DNA from: Eledone cirrhosa | Taxonomy: Eukaryota | Assembly (NCBI GenBank): GCA_964016885.1 | Contig: OZ024756.1 | Location: forward strand, 21,266,001-21,330,000 | Reading direction: 5' to 3' | Length of the DNA stretch: 64,000 nucleotides | In this document: piece after piece, positions 13,239 to 32,225 of the stretch | Position numbering within the stretch: the stretch's first letter is position 1 | How the letters are laid out: every line of letters starts with the position of its first letter | Made by a program: the position numbers and the translations under genes | Notes under the pieces: generated by a model | Told to the model about the DNA's origin: nothing | Databases searched by the model: none | The model's input: only the letters and a program-made list of their open reading frames with translations

Positions 13239-13489
13239 GTTTAGACGGAAGTAAGTCTTTTTCGAGGTAGAGAGGACTTCATTGTTGAGGATTGTGTTAC
13301 GTGTAGTATTTGTTTCAAAAACTGATCATATTTAATTCACACTTGGGCGTTTTTTTTATTATACCTTGGCCTGGCAGGTATTGTCTGCTCTTGGCTGTTT
13401 GTATTGTTACCTATGGGTGATGTGTTAATTTCCTTTTAGGTTGTTTTGTTTGTAAGTCACGCTCTGACTTCGTATGACTATAACCACAG

Positions 13490-15065
<1,576 letters not shown>

Positions 15066-15160
15066 AGGTGTCCTACACGAGTCAAAGTATAAAGAAAAAA
15101 AGATGAAATCGAAAATGCAACTGGAGTCTTATTTAAAAAATATATATATATTTATTTGGT

Positions 15161-15200
15161 TCCTTTACCGGTTTCGCAGTTCTTCTGCTTTTCAAAAATA
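15161..15200 (-). ncRNA. Decayed minimal hammerhead motif
   Basis: Minus strand reads ttt-TTGAAAA-GCAG-aagaa-CTGC-GAAA-CCGG-TA-aagg. Stem II is perfect and stem III is palindromic, but the CUGANGA box is mutated. Confidence 0.4.
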
Positions 15201-16699
15201 GAGCAGCTATGGAACATTACATTATGTAACATTACATTATGTAACATTCTTTCCTTATTTTAATTCATATTCCTTTTGAAGTTCCAATGAGCTGCTCTAT
15301 TTTTACCTATGTTAATTATTTTCAACTGAACCAGATCAATAATGATCTATAATCATTTGATCCAGAAATATTATATGGAGTAGCGAAACAATTGTAAACG
15401 GACATTATTATTATTAATATTATTATTATTATTCTCTACATTCCTTGCATCAAACTAAAATATGTTGACAATTCTTTTAATAGTGTCTTCCTTGTGAAAG
15501 TTGTGGTCTTGTTTTGCTTAACTAATGAATATATATATGTATATATATATATATGTGTGTGTGTGTAATATATATATATATATAAATATATATATATTCT
15601 TATGACTATAACCACTATATATATATATTTATATATATATAAATATAAATTGTACATATTCAAGGAATAGAAGTACATAGCAGTAGTGGTAGTGGGGGTG
15701 ATAGTAGTAGTAGTGCTAAGAGAAGGTGTTGTTATTATTGTTGGTTAGCGCCAATATTACCTCATACTGAGCTTCCAAGTGTCGTATATGTTCAATTCTA
15801 AACAATCCAATATTTTATTTGGACACTGCATGCAATACATCTAGAATCAAATTATTTTAACGTGTCAATTCTTTTTTACGACAGTAAGATGTGATGATTT
15901 CATAGAGATTTCGCTGCTATTTCTAGCAACTAGAGAGACCACATAGCTGCCTTGTCATTCCTGCCTAATATAAATAGTAATTTCAGGTCAAGAATAATCA
16001 CCCCCGATTATTAATTTTTCAGATTTTTTCCAACCTTCAGCTTATTAATTTTTGTTAATCTATCTTCGGCGAAATATAATTTTAAGTAGTAGCATTCCTG
16101 CGACAATTAATTTTCTTTATACATAAACAATCATTTTACATGACAAAAAAAGTACATTACTAGAAAACACATACGATATAAAATAAATAGGTTGGTTTGG
16201 GGTCTCAATATGTAACCTAAAGGACTAATCCTGGTTTTTTTTAAAAGACATAAAAAAAGACAATCTTGAAAAATTACCGAATTTTATAAGTCATTATTCA
16301 ACACTATACATTAATAATTTGTTTTATCGGCCACAAAAGACGAAAAGGCGAAGCTGATCTCTTGGCAGGATTTGAGCTCAACTCACAGTAAACCGGGAGA
16401 AAGGCGGCTCAGCAATTCGTCCAACGTAGATGACTCAGCTAAGCTAATACGTCGTGTTCAATTGTATAACTAAACCCAAGTAAGTTTCTACACAACAGTA
16501 AATATATGGAGTGTTATTTTGTAGCTTGTAAATGAAAGGTTGAATCACTAAAACAGGAATGATTTCTAGTTTCGTTGATATTGTGACTTTCTACTTTCTT
16601 CTTAATCTTCTTCTTATTTTACCTTTGCCCTTTGCCACAGGTCTCACATAAATCAAAGGCTTGAATATGGCAGTTTGAATAAAACAAACTTCACCTTTT

Positions 16700-19930
<3,231 letters not shown>

Positions 19931-20649
19931 TATAATGTTTAACTATATTTTTAATGTCTTTTAAACTTTTATCTGAGTTATGTTTGTTGTTAGTTCAGTT
20001 GTTTTATTTCTTTATTTTGTTGTTAACAGTTGGTGTCAAATGTACGGTGTTTCTCATTTCATTCATTCAAATCTTGTCACAAGCTAAGACAAGCCGAACA
20101 ACAACAACCAAGTCAATGAAGAAGCCTCCACAGACTTACTCGACCTGCTAGAAATAGCAACTAAAATCATTTGACATAACATCCTATTCATTGGTCATTG
20201 TAGTCCTTCGAAAAAAAAAAAGTGTCCAGGTCACCACTTGGAACACCTTTGATCATATATCTGTCTAAACAGACCTGACCTGGGGATAAACAAACAAAAG
20301 CAAGTATTTCACAATGAGACAACGTCTACGTGGTTATTCAACTTGCTTTAAATAACAGCGAAATTTTTCTCTAGTCACTATCTTAAAAGAATGTTAGAAA
20401 CAACTGTGGGTTCGGTGTGTAGGTGAGATGCAGCCTGGACTGCGTTCTATTATCCTTCAGTTTTCAGGAAAGGAGGCTTATTACGTCTACCCACTTCACT
20501 TCTCTTTCTGGGATTTGCAAGAATAATTGCGGGTTCGATCCCATTACTTAGCCTCATGGGCATGTCTCATTTACCAGACCGTGGGGTCGAACCATGACTT
20601 TGGGAGTTAAACAAGGTATACAGCTACTGTTTGAGAGACCGTCAGGTCG

Positions 20650-20825
20650 ACTGAGCCTGTATTTGTAATTCAAAGGGCCAGCATTGTCACACACTGTGAC
20701 TCACTGAATCTTCCTGAGAACTACGCTAAAAGAATACATGTCTCTCTGGAATGCTAAGCCACTTACACGTTCAATTCGGAGCTGTTTGTTGTGTTGATGG
20801 AACAACTGGAGCAATCATCGTCGAA
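20650..20825 (+). mobile_element. SINE family 2, 3' body fragment
   Basis: GTCTCTCTGGAATGCTAAGCCACTTACACGTT matches the reverse complement of about 49660-49740, which adjoins a tRNA-like head. Confidence 0.55.
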
Positions 20826-21263
20826 AGCTCATTACATTTCTTTTCAACATCACCCTCACGCACCTTAGTGTACATAAACTTGGTTTTCCCAAGCCCATTG
20901 AATTATGTGGTTCTCTATAAGCTATGTTAAGGAATAACTAAATAAACACATAAAATAGAATAGACAAGGCTAGAATGATTTCGTTATATATTTTCCCAAC
21001 CAGCGCTCACCTGGAATGAAATAACTAACAGCAACAGTTTTGTACGTGTCTTCATTTCTATAAAATCTCTCGATCCGTCTGTCTCTAACAAGGAAAATCT
21101 GGTTGTATAAAACATTTGTTTCCAACAAAAACACACGGCTAACAGTGATGTGATTGACATGGCAGTTTGTAGATTAAAGGGGGCTAAAGGATGTGATAGA
21201 ATTATACATACATACCTGTATCTCTCTCTCTCTCTCGCTCTCGCTCTAAACACAGATTAATCC

Positions 21264-21311
<48 letters not shown>

Positions 21312-21491
21312 GTTAAGAACTCAGAGTAGTCTTTTACAATTAAATAGCTCTAAGAAAAAAGCTTTTCCAAGCCGTACAATATAATTGAATAAACAAGAGA
21401 GATGAACACAAATATAAACATACATACGATTTGGTCCTTACGATTCGAACACATGTATGTTTATATTAGTGTTCATCTCTCTTGTTTATTC

Positions 21492-21550
<59 letters not shown>

Positions 21551-21567
21551 TGTGTGTGTGTGTGTGT

Positions 21568-21696
21568 ATCCCGGGTTCAATCGGGGGTAACCACAATAAG
21601 TAAGGTACTCAATACATAGCAGAGTATAAATATTTAATATAGAAATGGCTTCTACAGGACTAGAACTGTTTCAGTTGATGGAAATCACCAGGAAAG
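21568..21696 (-). mobile_element. Family B mini-element with variant hammerhead
   Basis: Minus strand reads TTC-CTGGTGA-...-GAAA-CAG-ttctagtc-CTG-TA-GAA. Tail has GTATTGAGTAC (21605-21615) and ends AACCCGGGA. Confidence 0.7.
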
Positions 21697-21698
21697 AA

Positions 21699-21777
<79 letters not shown>

Positions 21778-21814
21778 AGCAAATTATAAACGTAAACATG
21801 TAAGTATGTTTTTG

Positions 21815-21879
<65 letters not shown>

Positions 21880-22230
21880 TATATATCTAAATATATATAT
21901 CTTCTTCTTCTCGAGTCATCCCTCCTACGAAGTTGAAACATTTATTTTATTTTGCATTTACTAATGACTTGAATATGTGCAGCTTGTCACATCTGCATTC
22001 TCATAGACTGGAGCAGTTGTGTAAGCCAATTGTTGCATTATATAGTTCACCACGCTGAGATAATCTAATGAAACTGATGATCGTTGCATAAACTACTGCT
22101 TACTATCAGACAAGCAGGATTATTATCCAGGCTTACTTCTGTAGATCCGACCTGTTCTGCTAGACTATTCTATGATAGCCATATGAGAGGCACCTCGTGT
22201 AGGATATGGATTTTCTCAACATGTTTCTGT

Positions 22231-22345
22231 ACATTTAAAATCTTTTGATTGTCATTCCATTTGAATGGCCTATATTCTTCTGCCTACTACATATCAACAT
22301 TTAACTTCTAGCGTGTCTACATGGCATAAACGTAGAAGAGAGCAG
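22231..22345 (-). mobile_element. Degraded repeat, probably an RTE LINE fragment; inverted partner at 24830-24948
   Basis: The two segments are clear reverse-complement homologues. Translation GRRI*AIQME...KILNV resembles the RTE RRIxAFEMxCxRKIL motif. Confidence 0.45.
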
Positions 22346-22563
22346 AAGAACACACTACACGTCCCCGAACAAGCACACAGTTTCGCATGTATTATAAATT
22401 TTGATTGACATAGGGTTTTTTCCCCCTGTTATGTGCAAATGAGAGGCGTTGTTATGTCAACGATAATTTTACATGTCAAAGAATAAGAAATATTTGAGCA
22501 AAAAGTAGAGGGAATGGAACAAAGAGAATAGTTAGGATGGTAAAAGGAAGAAGAAAAGACAGT

Positions 22564-22597
<34 letters not shown>

Positions 22598-22812
22598 TAT
22601 ATATACATGTGTGTGTGTGTATGCATATGTATATACAAATGTATGTGTGTGTGTGTGCATGTATGCGTGTGAGTATGTATGTGCGTGCGTGTGTATGTAT
22701 GTGCGTGTGTATATATATATATGTGTGTGTGTATGGATATGGATATATATATAAATGTGTATTTGTATCTGTATATATTTATATATATATATATGTATAT
22801 ATGTATGTATAT

Positions 22813-22896
<84 letters not shown>

Positions 22897-23026
22897 ATAC
22901 ACACACACACTCATACACACACACACATATATATATACACACATATACATATACATATATATATATATACATATATATATATACACACATATACATATAT
23001 ACATATATATATATACACACATATAC

Positions 23027-23089
<63 letters not shown>

Positions 23090-23528
23090 TATATATATAC
23101 ACACATATATATATATATATATATATACATACAGAGAGAGAGAATTTAGGAGGAAAATAATATATATATATATATGTATATTTTACATATATTATCATTA
23201 ATTATATTATGTATGTTTTATGGAGTTTCTCGTGTTTTATTCGCTGTTTTTTTTGTTGAAATTCCGAAATAAAAACTTAGATAAATCTAAAGCAAATGTT
23301 TAAACATTCTCATAAATTTATTATGAACAACAAATTTGTTGTGACTGTAAAAACACACAGCAGCATTCGTCCGTTTAAAGTAATTATTGAAGCAAGAGAA
23401 ATGGTGTATTAGCATACGTATATACATACATTCACACACACACACACTTACACATACACACACAGAAATATACATATAATTGTATAATGTATATTTGTGT
23501 GTTTATATATATATATATATGAGAGAGA

Positions 23529-23602
23529 GGGTGTCCCAAAAATGTATACACACTTGAACAAAATTCTAATCAAAGTGTGTATAGATTTTTTGGGACAACC
23601 TG
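23529..23602. mobile_element. Tiny Tc1/mariner-like MITE (hairpin)
   Basis: GGTGTCCCAAAAATGTATACACACTTG ... AAAGTGTGTATAGATTTTTTGGGACAACC inverted ends. Confidence 0.6.
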
Positions 23603-23653
23603 TGTATATATAAATGGTCATATATATAAATATGTATATACACAGGTTTATAT

Positions 23654-23686
<33 letters not shown>

Positions 23687-23688
<2 letters not shown>

Positions 23689-23786
23689 GGAAAAAGTATG
23701 ACTCCATTTTTCTCACTCTACTGCCCTAAGTATTGAATACTCTGGTGCGTTATGGTCCATCTGGTTCCTTACCACAATTCCTTTGT
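23687..23786 (+). mobile_element. Family A tail fragment in (TA)n
   Basis: TAGGAAAA stub plus CCCTAAGTATTGAATACTCTGGTGCGTTATGGTCCA...CCTTACCACA. Confidence 0.7.
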
Positions 23787-23819
23787 TTTATATATATAAA
23801 TCTGTGTGTATATATATAT

Positions 23820-23847
23820 ACACACACGTATATATATATACACACAC

Positions 23848-23890
<43 letters not shown>

Positions 23891-24063
23891 TATATATATA
23901 TATATATATATACACACACGTATATATATATGTATATATATATATATATATATACACACACGTATATATATATATATATATATATATATTTACACACACG
24001 TTTATATATATATATACACACGTTTATATATATATATGCACATGTTTATATATATATACACAC

Positions 24064-24143
<80 letters not shown>

Positions 24144-24228
24144 GTTTATATATATATATACACACGTTTATATATACATATATATATACACACGTTTATA
24201 TATATATATATACACACGTTTATATATA

Positions 24229-24278
<50 letters not shown>

Positions 24279-24305
24279 GTTTAAATATATATATATACAC
24301 GTTTA
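23820..24305. repeat. Minisatellite ACACACGT(T)(TA)n
   Basis: Recurrent unit seen directly. Confidence 0.9.
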
Positions 24306-24665
24306 AATATAAATATATACACTTTTATATATATATACATATATATATATATATACTGTATATATACATATATATATATGTGTATATATATCTACTGTAT
24401 ATATACACATATATATATATATATATATACTGTATATATACACATATATATATATATACTGTATATATACATATATATATATACATATATGACGTAAGTG
24501 TAAATGGATAATTACATATATTTGACAGATATGTCAACTGCAATGATTATGGTTATGAAAGTGTACGAGAGATGTTTGAAGGATTAAGACATTAATCCGA
24601 ACAATTTATTGAAATGTATTTCACTTTGCCGCTATTTTGTCTGTGTGTAGTCTCTCACCCACTCT

Positions 24666-24700
<35 letters not shown>

Positions 24701-24751
24701 GTCGCTCTCTCTCCCTTTTATATATATATATAGTAGTCGGTCTCTCCCTCT

Positions 24752-24796
<45 letters not shown>

Positions 24797-25252
24797 ATAC
24801 ATACATATATTTACATGCATTCACATGGCTTGCTCTCTTCTCCGTTTGTGCCATGTAGACACGCAGAAAGTTAAATGTTGAAATGTAGGAGGCATAAAAT
24901 ATAGGTCATTCAAATGGAATGACAATCAAAAGGCTTTAGATAGACATGTCCACAAATAGACGCGCACACACACAACTTTGATAGATTTCGGCCAGAATTG
25001 GCCGAGGCCATGTCTAATTTAATAATGCATGGCATTATTCGAATATTCCAGGAATTAGTAGTTTCATAGTTTTTGTTATCAAAGACACGTATTCTTCATT
25101 ATCACACAACCTAATATTCAGAAAGTTTGTCTGTCGGAAAGGTGCGAAACGTGTCCTCCGCTGTTCGTTGTTTTGAATATCAGATATTCAAACGACTTAA
25201 AGAAATTTACCTTATTATTCCACAATGATTCAAGCAAACTTCAATACTCTCT

Positions 25253-25283
<31 letters not shown>

Positions 25284-25299
25284 TAATATATATAGCTGC

Positions 25300-25337
<38 letters not shown>

Positions 25338-25765
25338 TATATATATATAACGAATATAAAACCTCGAAAGAAGTTGGAGAAGTTATATCAGCTCAAAATA
25401 TGGTAATTTATTATAATAAACTGTACATAAGGCTATAGGAAATACATGTGTACGGTTATAGGAAATACATTTTCTATAATCAGAGTTGCTCACAATTACT
25501 CACCCAGTAAGAAATAGTTTGAACGTATACGTGAGCTAACAAAATGTGTATTTGTTATTTGTATTGGAGCGGTTACACGTAGCTGTTTCCCGGACCCAAT
25601 GAGTTTCTGCAAGTGCAACAACACCAACAGATGCAACTCGCAATTTGCCATTTACAATGGCAGCATACATGCAACTGTACATGCCAAAACGCTGCAATAC
25701 TTCGTCAGCGGACGTTAATAAATAGCGAGTGACTTTGTCTATCTTTTTCTCTCTATCTCTCCGTA

Positions 25766-25801
<36 letters not shown>

Positions 25802-27029
25802 CACAGTCATACTCACACACGCACATACACCCCCCCCACACACACATGTGTGTATATATATTTCAATCAACACACGCAACCATACACACTTACATCAACA
25901 TGTATTCTACATTTTATGTTAAATGCGTTTGTAATTCAAAACGTTTGAAAGCAAAAGAACAACCCTGTTATTTCCCCATTTTAAGGGTTTTGCTTCACTC
26001 GTTATTACACCTCACATGAAGCAGAACAAGTCACTAAGAAGACGATGTACATAAAATATATATTTACCGAACCCCATCCACCATATTTGTTTTTTACTAT
26101 TGCTTTAGTTATTTATTATATATTATTTTTTGTTTTGTTCTTCGAATGTCACTATTACTACGTCTTACTGTTTCATATTCCCGCTTCAGTTAGTAATATG
26201 TGAGTTCCTCCAGTGTCACAAATCACGAGTGTGAAATCGAGCCTGATGGCAGAGTCTCTGAGATGACGTTTGCAAGGCAGAACACGACCTCTTTGAGAGA
26301 AGCCCTCTTTCTCTCTCTTCGTAGGGGATTGGGGGGGGGGGGGGGGGGGGCGTATGCCCTCTCAAGATTTAGTGGTGTGAATTGCGAAGTATTTAAAGGA
26401 TATGGGGTGTGGTCCGACAAACCTCCAGAATTACTATGTAATAGCCCTTGTTTTTACACAACCGTTGAACATTGTGGGTAGTAAGAAACTCCCATGAGAC
26501 CCGGACAGCAGGAATGCTTTAGAGAAGAAATCCCCCTCATGTATGTGTTACGGCTCCTTAACTTCTTACACTTTAAGGGATCCAGGCTGCACCCAGTTCA
26601 TGACTCCTTGGTACCCTTCCGCTGACATTTAGCCATTTAGATATCGGAGACTTGTGAATTTAAACCGTATGGAGATTTTCTTGACGAGATTTAACCGGAA
26701 CTCCTCTACGTTGCTCCTGCTTTCAAACTTATATTTAAACTCTTTCTTAAGTTTTGAAATATAACATTGGAAGTATAGATCAACATAGTTCTATAAAGTT
26801 CTATATACAAGAAGATGAGATGGCTACGGCTTGGATACCTTTAATCATAGGCCTGCTCAGTGATGACAGTCTTGAGGTTAAATAACAATAACAACAACGG
26901 AATACATGGAAGTGCCTCTTCCTTTCCTAGAAATAGTAACTGAACTTCACTCAAATCACAATATATAGCCATGATCAATGACAGTATGTTGATTGATATT
27001 AAAAACGAGAAGTTTTTGCGAAAATAAAC

Positions 27030-27345
27030 CACTCGATAAAGGGTGTAGCTTGGAGATCAGAGAATCACTCCAGTTAGAGCCACTACTTCTCCGAATTGAG
27101 AGATCACAGCTCCGATACCATGGGCATGTGGTTAGAATGTCTCAGGAAAGAATCGCTGGACAGATTTTACGGGCGAAACCAACAAGTGGGAAACCCAGAG
27201 GTAGACCCTGAGCAAGATGGTTGGATAATATCCATGAGCTTGGCTGGTCACGCTTGGCGATCTTGACGGATCAGTTTGAGTTGGTTGTTTCTGTTTGAGG
27301 ACTCTGACTCCATGACCCTCTCAGGAATAAGCGAACGAAGAAGAT
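27030..27345 (+). mobile_element. RTE-clade LINE (Rex3/Expander-like) 3' fragment
   Basis: IRESLQLEPLLLRIERSQLRYHGHVVRMSQERIAGQILRAKPTSGKPRGRP*ARWLDNI matches the recalled Rex3/Expander C-terminus EPLLLxIERSQLRWxGH...PRGRPRTRW. Confidence 0.8.
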
Positions 27346-27426
27346 AAACTACTTGGTCTATATTTTTGTACATTTACTTAGGGATTCTTCTCTCGCGACA
27401 TCGTCAAGTACGATGATGTCTATGCT

Positions 27427-27492
<66 letters not shown>

Positions 27493-27841
27493 CTGACTAT
27501 TCTTCAAACTTATAATTTTATATATTTATATATATATATAATTCATTATAATAAAGAGAGATAAACACAGATATGTACACATCAGTGTTCAAATTATAAG
27601 GGACCAGATTCGCTAGGGTGAATAGTATACTAACTATAAACAAAACGTATATAATACGTATGGTGTCAAATTTTCATTAAGTTTATTTGATTTATTCGAG
27701 TGTGACAGCGTTTCGCGATTGATCAGCTGAAGCTTCGATCTCTATTGACCGGGCCCGCATCTGGAATCAAAAGTTCGTTAGAATTCTGTTAGCTTAATGA
27801 CAGAATGATTCTCGTGTAGTGTTACAAAACTCTCTCTTTCA

Positions 27842-27885
<44 letters not shown>

Positions 27886-27914
27886 CTTCTCTCGCTCCCC
27901 CCTCTCTCTCTCTC

Positions 27915-28300
27915 TTAAAATACAAATATTAATCAAATAGATGTTCTTTTGATCAATTACATTTTACTATACATATTTCGGAGGTACAACAGTACATCAT
28001 CATCAGACAAAATATAATGATACATGACATACCCTTAGATGTTAAATGGTTAAGATTAAATCTTAACCATTTAACATCTCAGGGTATGTCATGTATCATT
28101 ATATTTTGTCTGATGATGATGTACTGTTGTACCTCCGAAATATGTATAGTAAAATGTAATTGATCAAAAGAACATCTATTTTCATATTAATATTTGTATT
28201 TTAATATTAATAACTCTGGAAAATTATTTTCCATAGAGTGCTTCCAATCTACTGTAAAACTCATTCTCCGATATACTCATTGAATCTTGTTTAACTCTTT
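27915..28300 (+). mobile_element. Family D fold-back element: ~290-bp palindrome centred on 28058 plus tail
   Basis: Arms 27915-28057 and 28059-28204 are nearly perfect reverse complements. Tail ...TAGAGTGCTTCCAATCT is shared with 44160-44230. Confidence 0.85.
28103..28155 (+). ncRNA. Type I hammerhead motif (mirror copy on minus strand at 27961-28013)
   Basis: ATTTTGT-CTGATGA-tGAtGTAC-tgtt-GTACcTCc-GAAA-TATGTA-TA-GTAAAAT. Confidence 0.65.
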
Positions 28301-28317
28301 AATATATATATATATAT

Positions 28318-28466
28318 AATTGTTTCTACTTTTGGCACAAGGCCAGCAAAAATCCAGTACATTACTGGTACTTTATTTTATCGACCCCATAAGGATGAAA
28401 GGCAAAGTTAACCTCGACGGGATTTGAACTCAGACCGTAAAGGGACGTAACTATGCTAGAAAGCAT
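28318..28466 (-). mobile_element. SINE family 1 (5'-truncated)
   Basis: Reverse complement of the conserved body and B box. Confidence 0.8.
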
Positions 28467-29245
28467 GTATGTATATATATATATATATGCAGAACAGGTA
28501 GAACATGTCATCTCTCATTTCACCTTTATCCTTTATCGTGTTTTTATCTTTTATTGTTTATTTTCTACACCCATCTTACAAATTTAATCTGGTTTCCGGT
28601 ATAAGCATTTCACTTTTGAAAGGCGGACATTTTATTTCAGAACTAAAATAAATGGCGATGGGTAATAAATAAAACAAAACAAACGAAACAAAAACCGAAA
28701 AGCATACAAAAAAAGTTGAGACAAATCATGATCAGTGTCATTGATAGCTGTTGATAACGTTTTGGTGGACATTAGAAAATGTTGGTGGACATTGATCAGC
28801 AACAAACAACAATTGCACAGCTCGATCAGCGGAGGCGCCATGTTATCTGCAAACGTCTCCGTAATAGTAAACCACAACTATAAGGTGTGTCTTCCTGAAA
28901 GTTGTCTAGCAGTTCTGATCGGGAAAGATCTGAAACGAAATATGTTATTTCTTTTTTTTTTTTTTACTTCATTTCTATTAAATCAAAAGTTTGTCAACTA
29001 AAGGAGGAATATGATAACGAAGATGCTATGATAACAAAGCTTGTTTGTTTGTTTATCTCTTTTGTCTGATCCTTGTTGGTTATTTTGTAGACCTCTGCTT
29101 TGACACGTCGATTCAATCGGATTATAAACTGCTGTCCCTGAGCTAAATATAATCTAGATACCAGGACAAGCCACCATGGGGGCCGATACGTGGTCGTTTC
29201 ACAGCGACAAATAGTAACATTATTCTAAGAAACGACCCCCCCCCC

Positions 29246-29434
29246 GGCCGTGGATTGGCAGTATCGGTAGAGGGTCGGACGCCATGCTTTCCAGCATAGT
29301 TACGTCCCTTTACGATCTGAGTTCAAATCCCGCCGAGGTTGACTTTGCCTTTCATCCTTACGGGGTCGATAAAATAAAGTACCAGTAATGAACTGGTGGT
29401 TGCTGGCCTTGTGCCTAAAGTAGAAACAATTATT
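29246..29434 (+). mobile_element. SINE family 1, full length with 19-bp TSD
   Basis: ATTATTCTAAGAAACGACC at 29220 and 29429. A and B boxes are intact. Confidence 0.9.
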
Positions 29435-29599
29435 CTAAGAAACGACCACGCCTTATGATCTGCGACCTCGCACGAACGAAACAGTTGTAGTCCTGCAGAA
29501 GTCACTTCGATATTGAATAAAGATAAACATGTCTGTACGTATTTAGTACATTTTCAACTGTTGTCCCCTCCCAATACTCATCGGGAATCTAACTATAAT

Positions 29600-30206
29600 T
29601 ATATATATATATATATATAGATAGATACATATTATCTATCTATTTATCTCTCTAAATATCTATCTATCAATCTATATATATGATATATATCTATATTCTC
29701 TCTCTCTCTGTCTGTCTCTCTCTGTCTCTCTCTCTCTATATATATATATGATATATATATGTTATATATATGATATATATATATCTCTCTCTATATATAT
29801 ATATATGATATATATATCTCTCTCTCTATATATATATGTTATATATATATATATATATATGATATATATATGATATATATATGTCTATCTATATATATCT
29901 CTCTCTCTATATATATATATATGATATATATATGATATATATATGTCTATCTATATATATATCTCTCTCTCTATATATATATATGATATATATATGATAT
30001 ATATATGTCTATTTATATATATATATCTATATATCTATATATATATATGATATATATATAATATCTATCTACCACTCTCTCTCTCTCTCTATATATATAT
30101 ATGATATATATATACTCTCTCTCTCTCTATATATATATGATATCTATCTATGTATCTATCTATCTCTCTCTTTCTCTCTCTCTATATATATATGATATAT
30201 ATATAA

Positions 30207-30283
<77 letters not shown>

Positions 30284-30820
30284 ATATCTATCTATATCTC
30301 TCTCTCTTTATATGTATATTATATATAAATATATAATCTGTGTGTATATGTATATATGTATATGCATATATATGTATATATGTATATGCATATATATGTA
30401 TATATGTATATGCATATATATATGTATATGTATATGCATATATATATGTATATGTATATGCATATATATATATGTATATATATGCATATATATTTATATA
30501 TATATATGTATATGCATATATATATGTATATATATATGCATATATATTTATATATATATGTATATATATATGCATATATATTTATATATATATGTATGTA
30601 TATATATTTATATATATATATTTATATATATATATGTATATATATGCATATATATTTATATATATGTATTTGTATATATATGTATATATATGTATATATA
30701 TTTATATATATGTATATATATTTATATATATGTATATATATTTATATATATGTATATATATTTATATATATGTGTATATATATATATGTATATACATGTA
30801 TATATATGTATATATATATT
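29600..30820. repeat. Compound (TA)/(TC)/(TATGCA) microsatellite
   Basis: Direct observation. Confidence 0.9.
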
Positions 30821-30980
30821 CTATATAACTGCTCTGTAGAACAACTGATGTTATTACATTGAGCTATTTATCTTACTGCTAATAAGGTAGTAATTAATTA
30901 CTGACCTCTGTTTAGGGTTGAAAATATATATAACTATAAAAAGTTTTAGTATATACATAACCATAAATAGTATCCTTAAT

Positions 30981-31075
<95 letters not shown>

Positions 31076-31350
31076 AATACTGAACAAGCAGAAACATGAA
31101 AACTGCAATATGAAATTATTGCAGTTGAAACCTTAAAAGTAGGGCACTGGGTCAAGGGAAGGGAGACAGGTTGAGGGTCATATCTCATATTGAGGGCCAT
31201 ATCTCATATTAGAAAATTAAAAAGAAAAAGCAGTTGAAGAAAAATTCATAATGACCATAAATTAAAGCAAATCATGATTAAATTATATAGACAGTATCCT
31301 TGAACTTCAACCTTTGGTCTACTTAGACGTAGCCATTATTGACACACAGA

Positions 31351-31539
31351 GGGGTGGATTGGCAGTATCGGTAGAGGGTCGGACGCCATGCTTTCCAGCA
31401 TAGTTACGTCCCTTTACGATCTAAGTTCAAATCCCGCCGAGGTTGACTTTGCCTTTCATCCTTACGGGGTCGATAAAATAAAGTACCAGTAATGCACTGG
31501 GTAATTGCTGGCCTTGTGCCTAACGTAGAAACAATTATT
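31351..31539 (+). mobile_element. SINE family 1, full length with TSD
   Basis: ATTATTGACACACAGAG is duplicated at about 31335 and 31534. Confidence 0.9.
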
Positions 31540-31594
31540 GACACACAGAGAAATTACAATCAATGCCCGGTAACACTCCCATTACATGGTTCGT

Positions 31595-31975
31595 CACCAC
31601 CACAACCAACACCACTACATGCATGAATACATCAACCACCATCTCATCCACCATGTACACCACCACCGCCACCACCACATCCACCACCACTATATGCTTC
31701 ACTACACCACCACTACATGGTCCATCCTCACCACATCCATGCCACTACATCCATGCCACTACATCCACGCCCACCACCTCATCCACCACATGATCCATCA
31801 CCATTACATCCACCACCGCGTACACCATTACTACATCCACCACCACGTATGCGACCACTACATGCGTCACCACTACATCCACCACATGATCCATCACCAC
31901 CACATCCACCACCACAATATGGCCCTTCACCAGCACTACATGGTCAATACCCACCACACCCACGCCACTAATCAT
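31595..31975. repeat. Degenerate (CAC/CAT/TAC)n trinucleotide repeat
   Basis: Direct observation. His-, Thr- and Pro-rich ORFs appear in all frames. Confidence 0.85.
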
Positions 31976-32185
31976 CAGTAATAAGTCTAATACAGTCATC
32001 ATCAGCAACACTAACACTGCTAAACAGCAAAATCCCTAACATCGCCAACAACATGGCCACGACTACAAGGAACATAAATAACAATAACAGCAATAACACA
32101 GCTAGGTAAAATACAGAAGTTTTTTTCCATTACTTTCTCGTCTTACTATCGTCTACCTTTCTATATTTTCTTTTAACTATCTTTT

Positions 32186-32225
32186 TATCTTCTGATGAAC
32201 GACCAACGTCCGAAACGCTGAGATA
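32186..32225 (+). ncRNA. Decayed minimal hammerhead (family F)
   Basis: TATCTT-CTGATGA-ac-GAC-caac-GTC-c-GAAA-CG-CT-GAGATA. The conserved U16.1 is mutated. Confidence 0.5.

Noticed and set aside
29246-29335. tRNA gene-like A/B boxes (also 57547-57615 and others)
   Set aside because: These are SINE heads with no complete cloverleaf, followed by SINE bodies.
31563-32017. His-rich and Thr-rich ORFs
   Set aside because: Degenerate CAC/CAT repeat, open in all frames, with no supported splice context.
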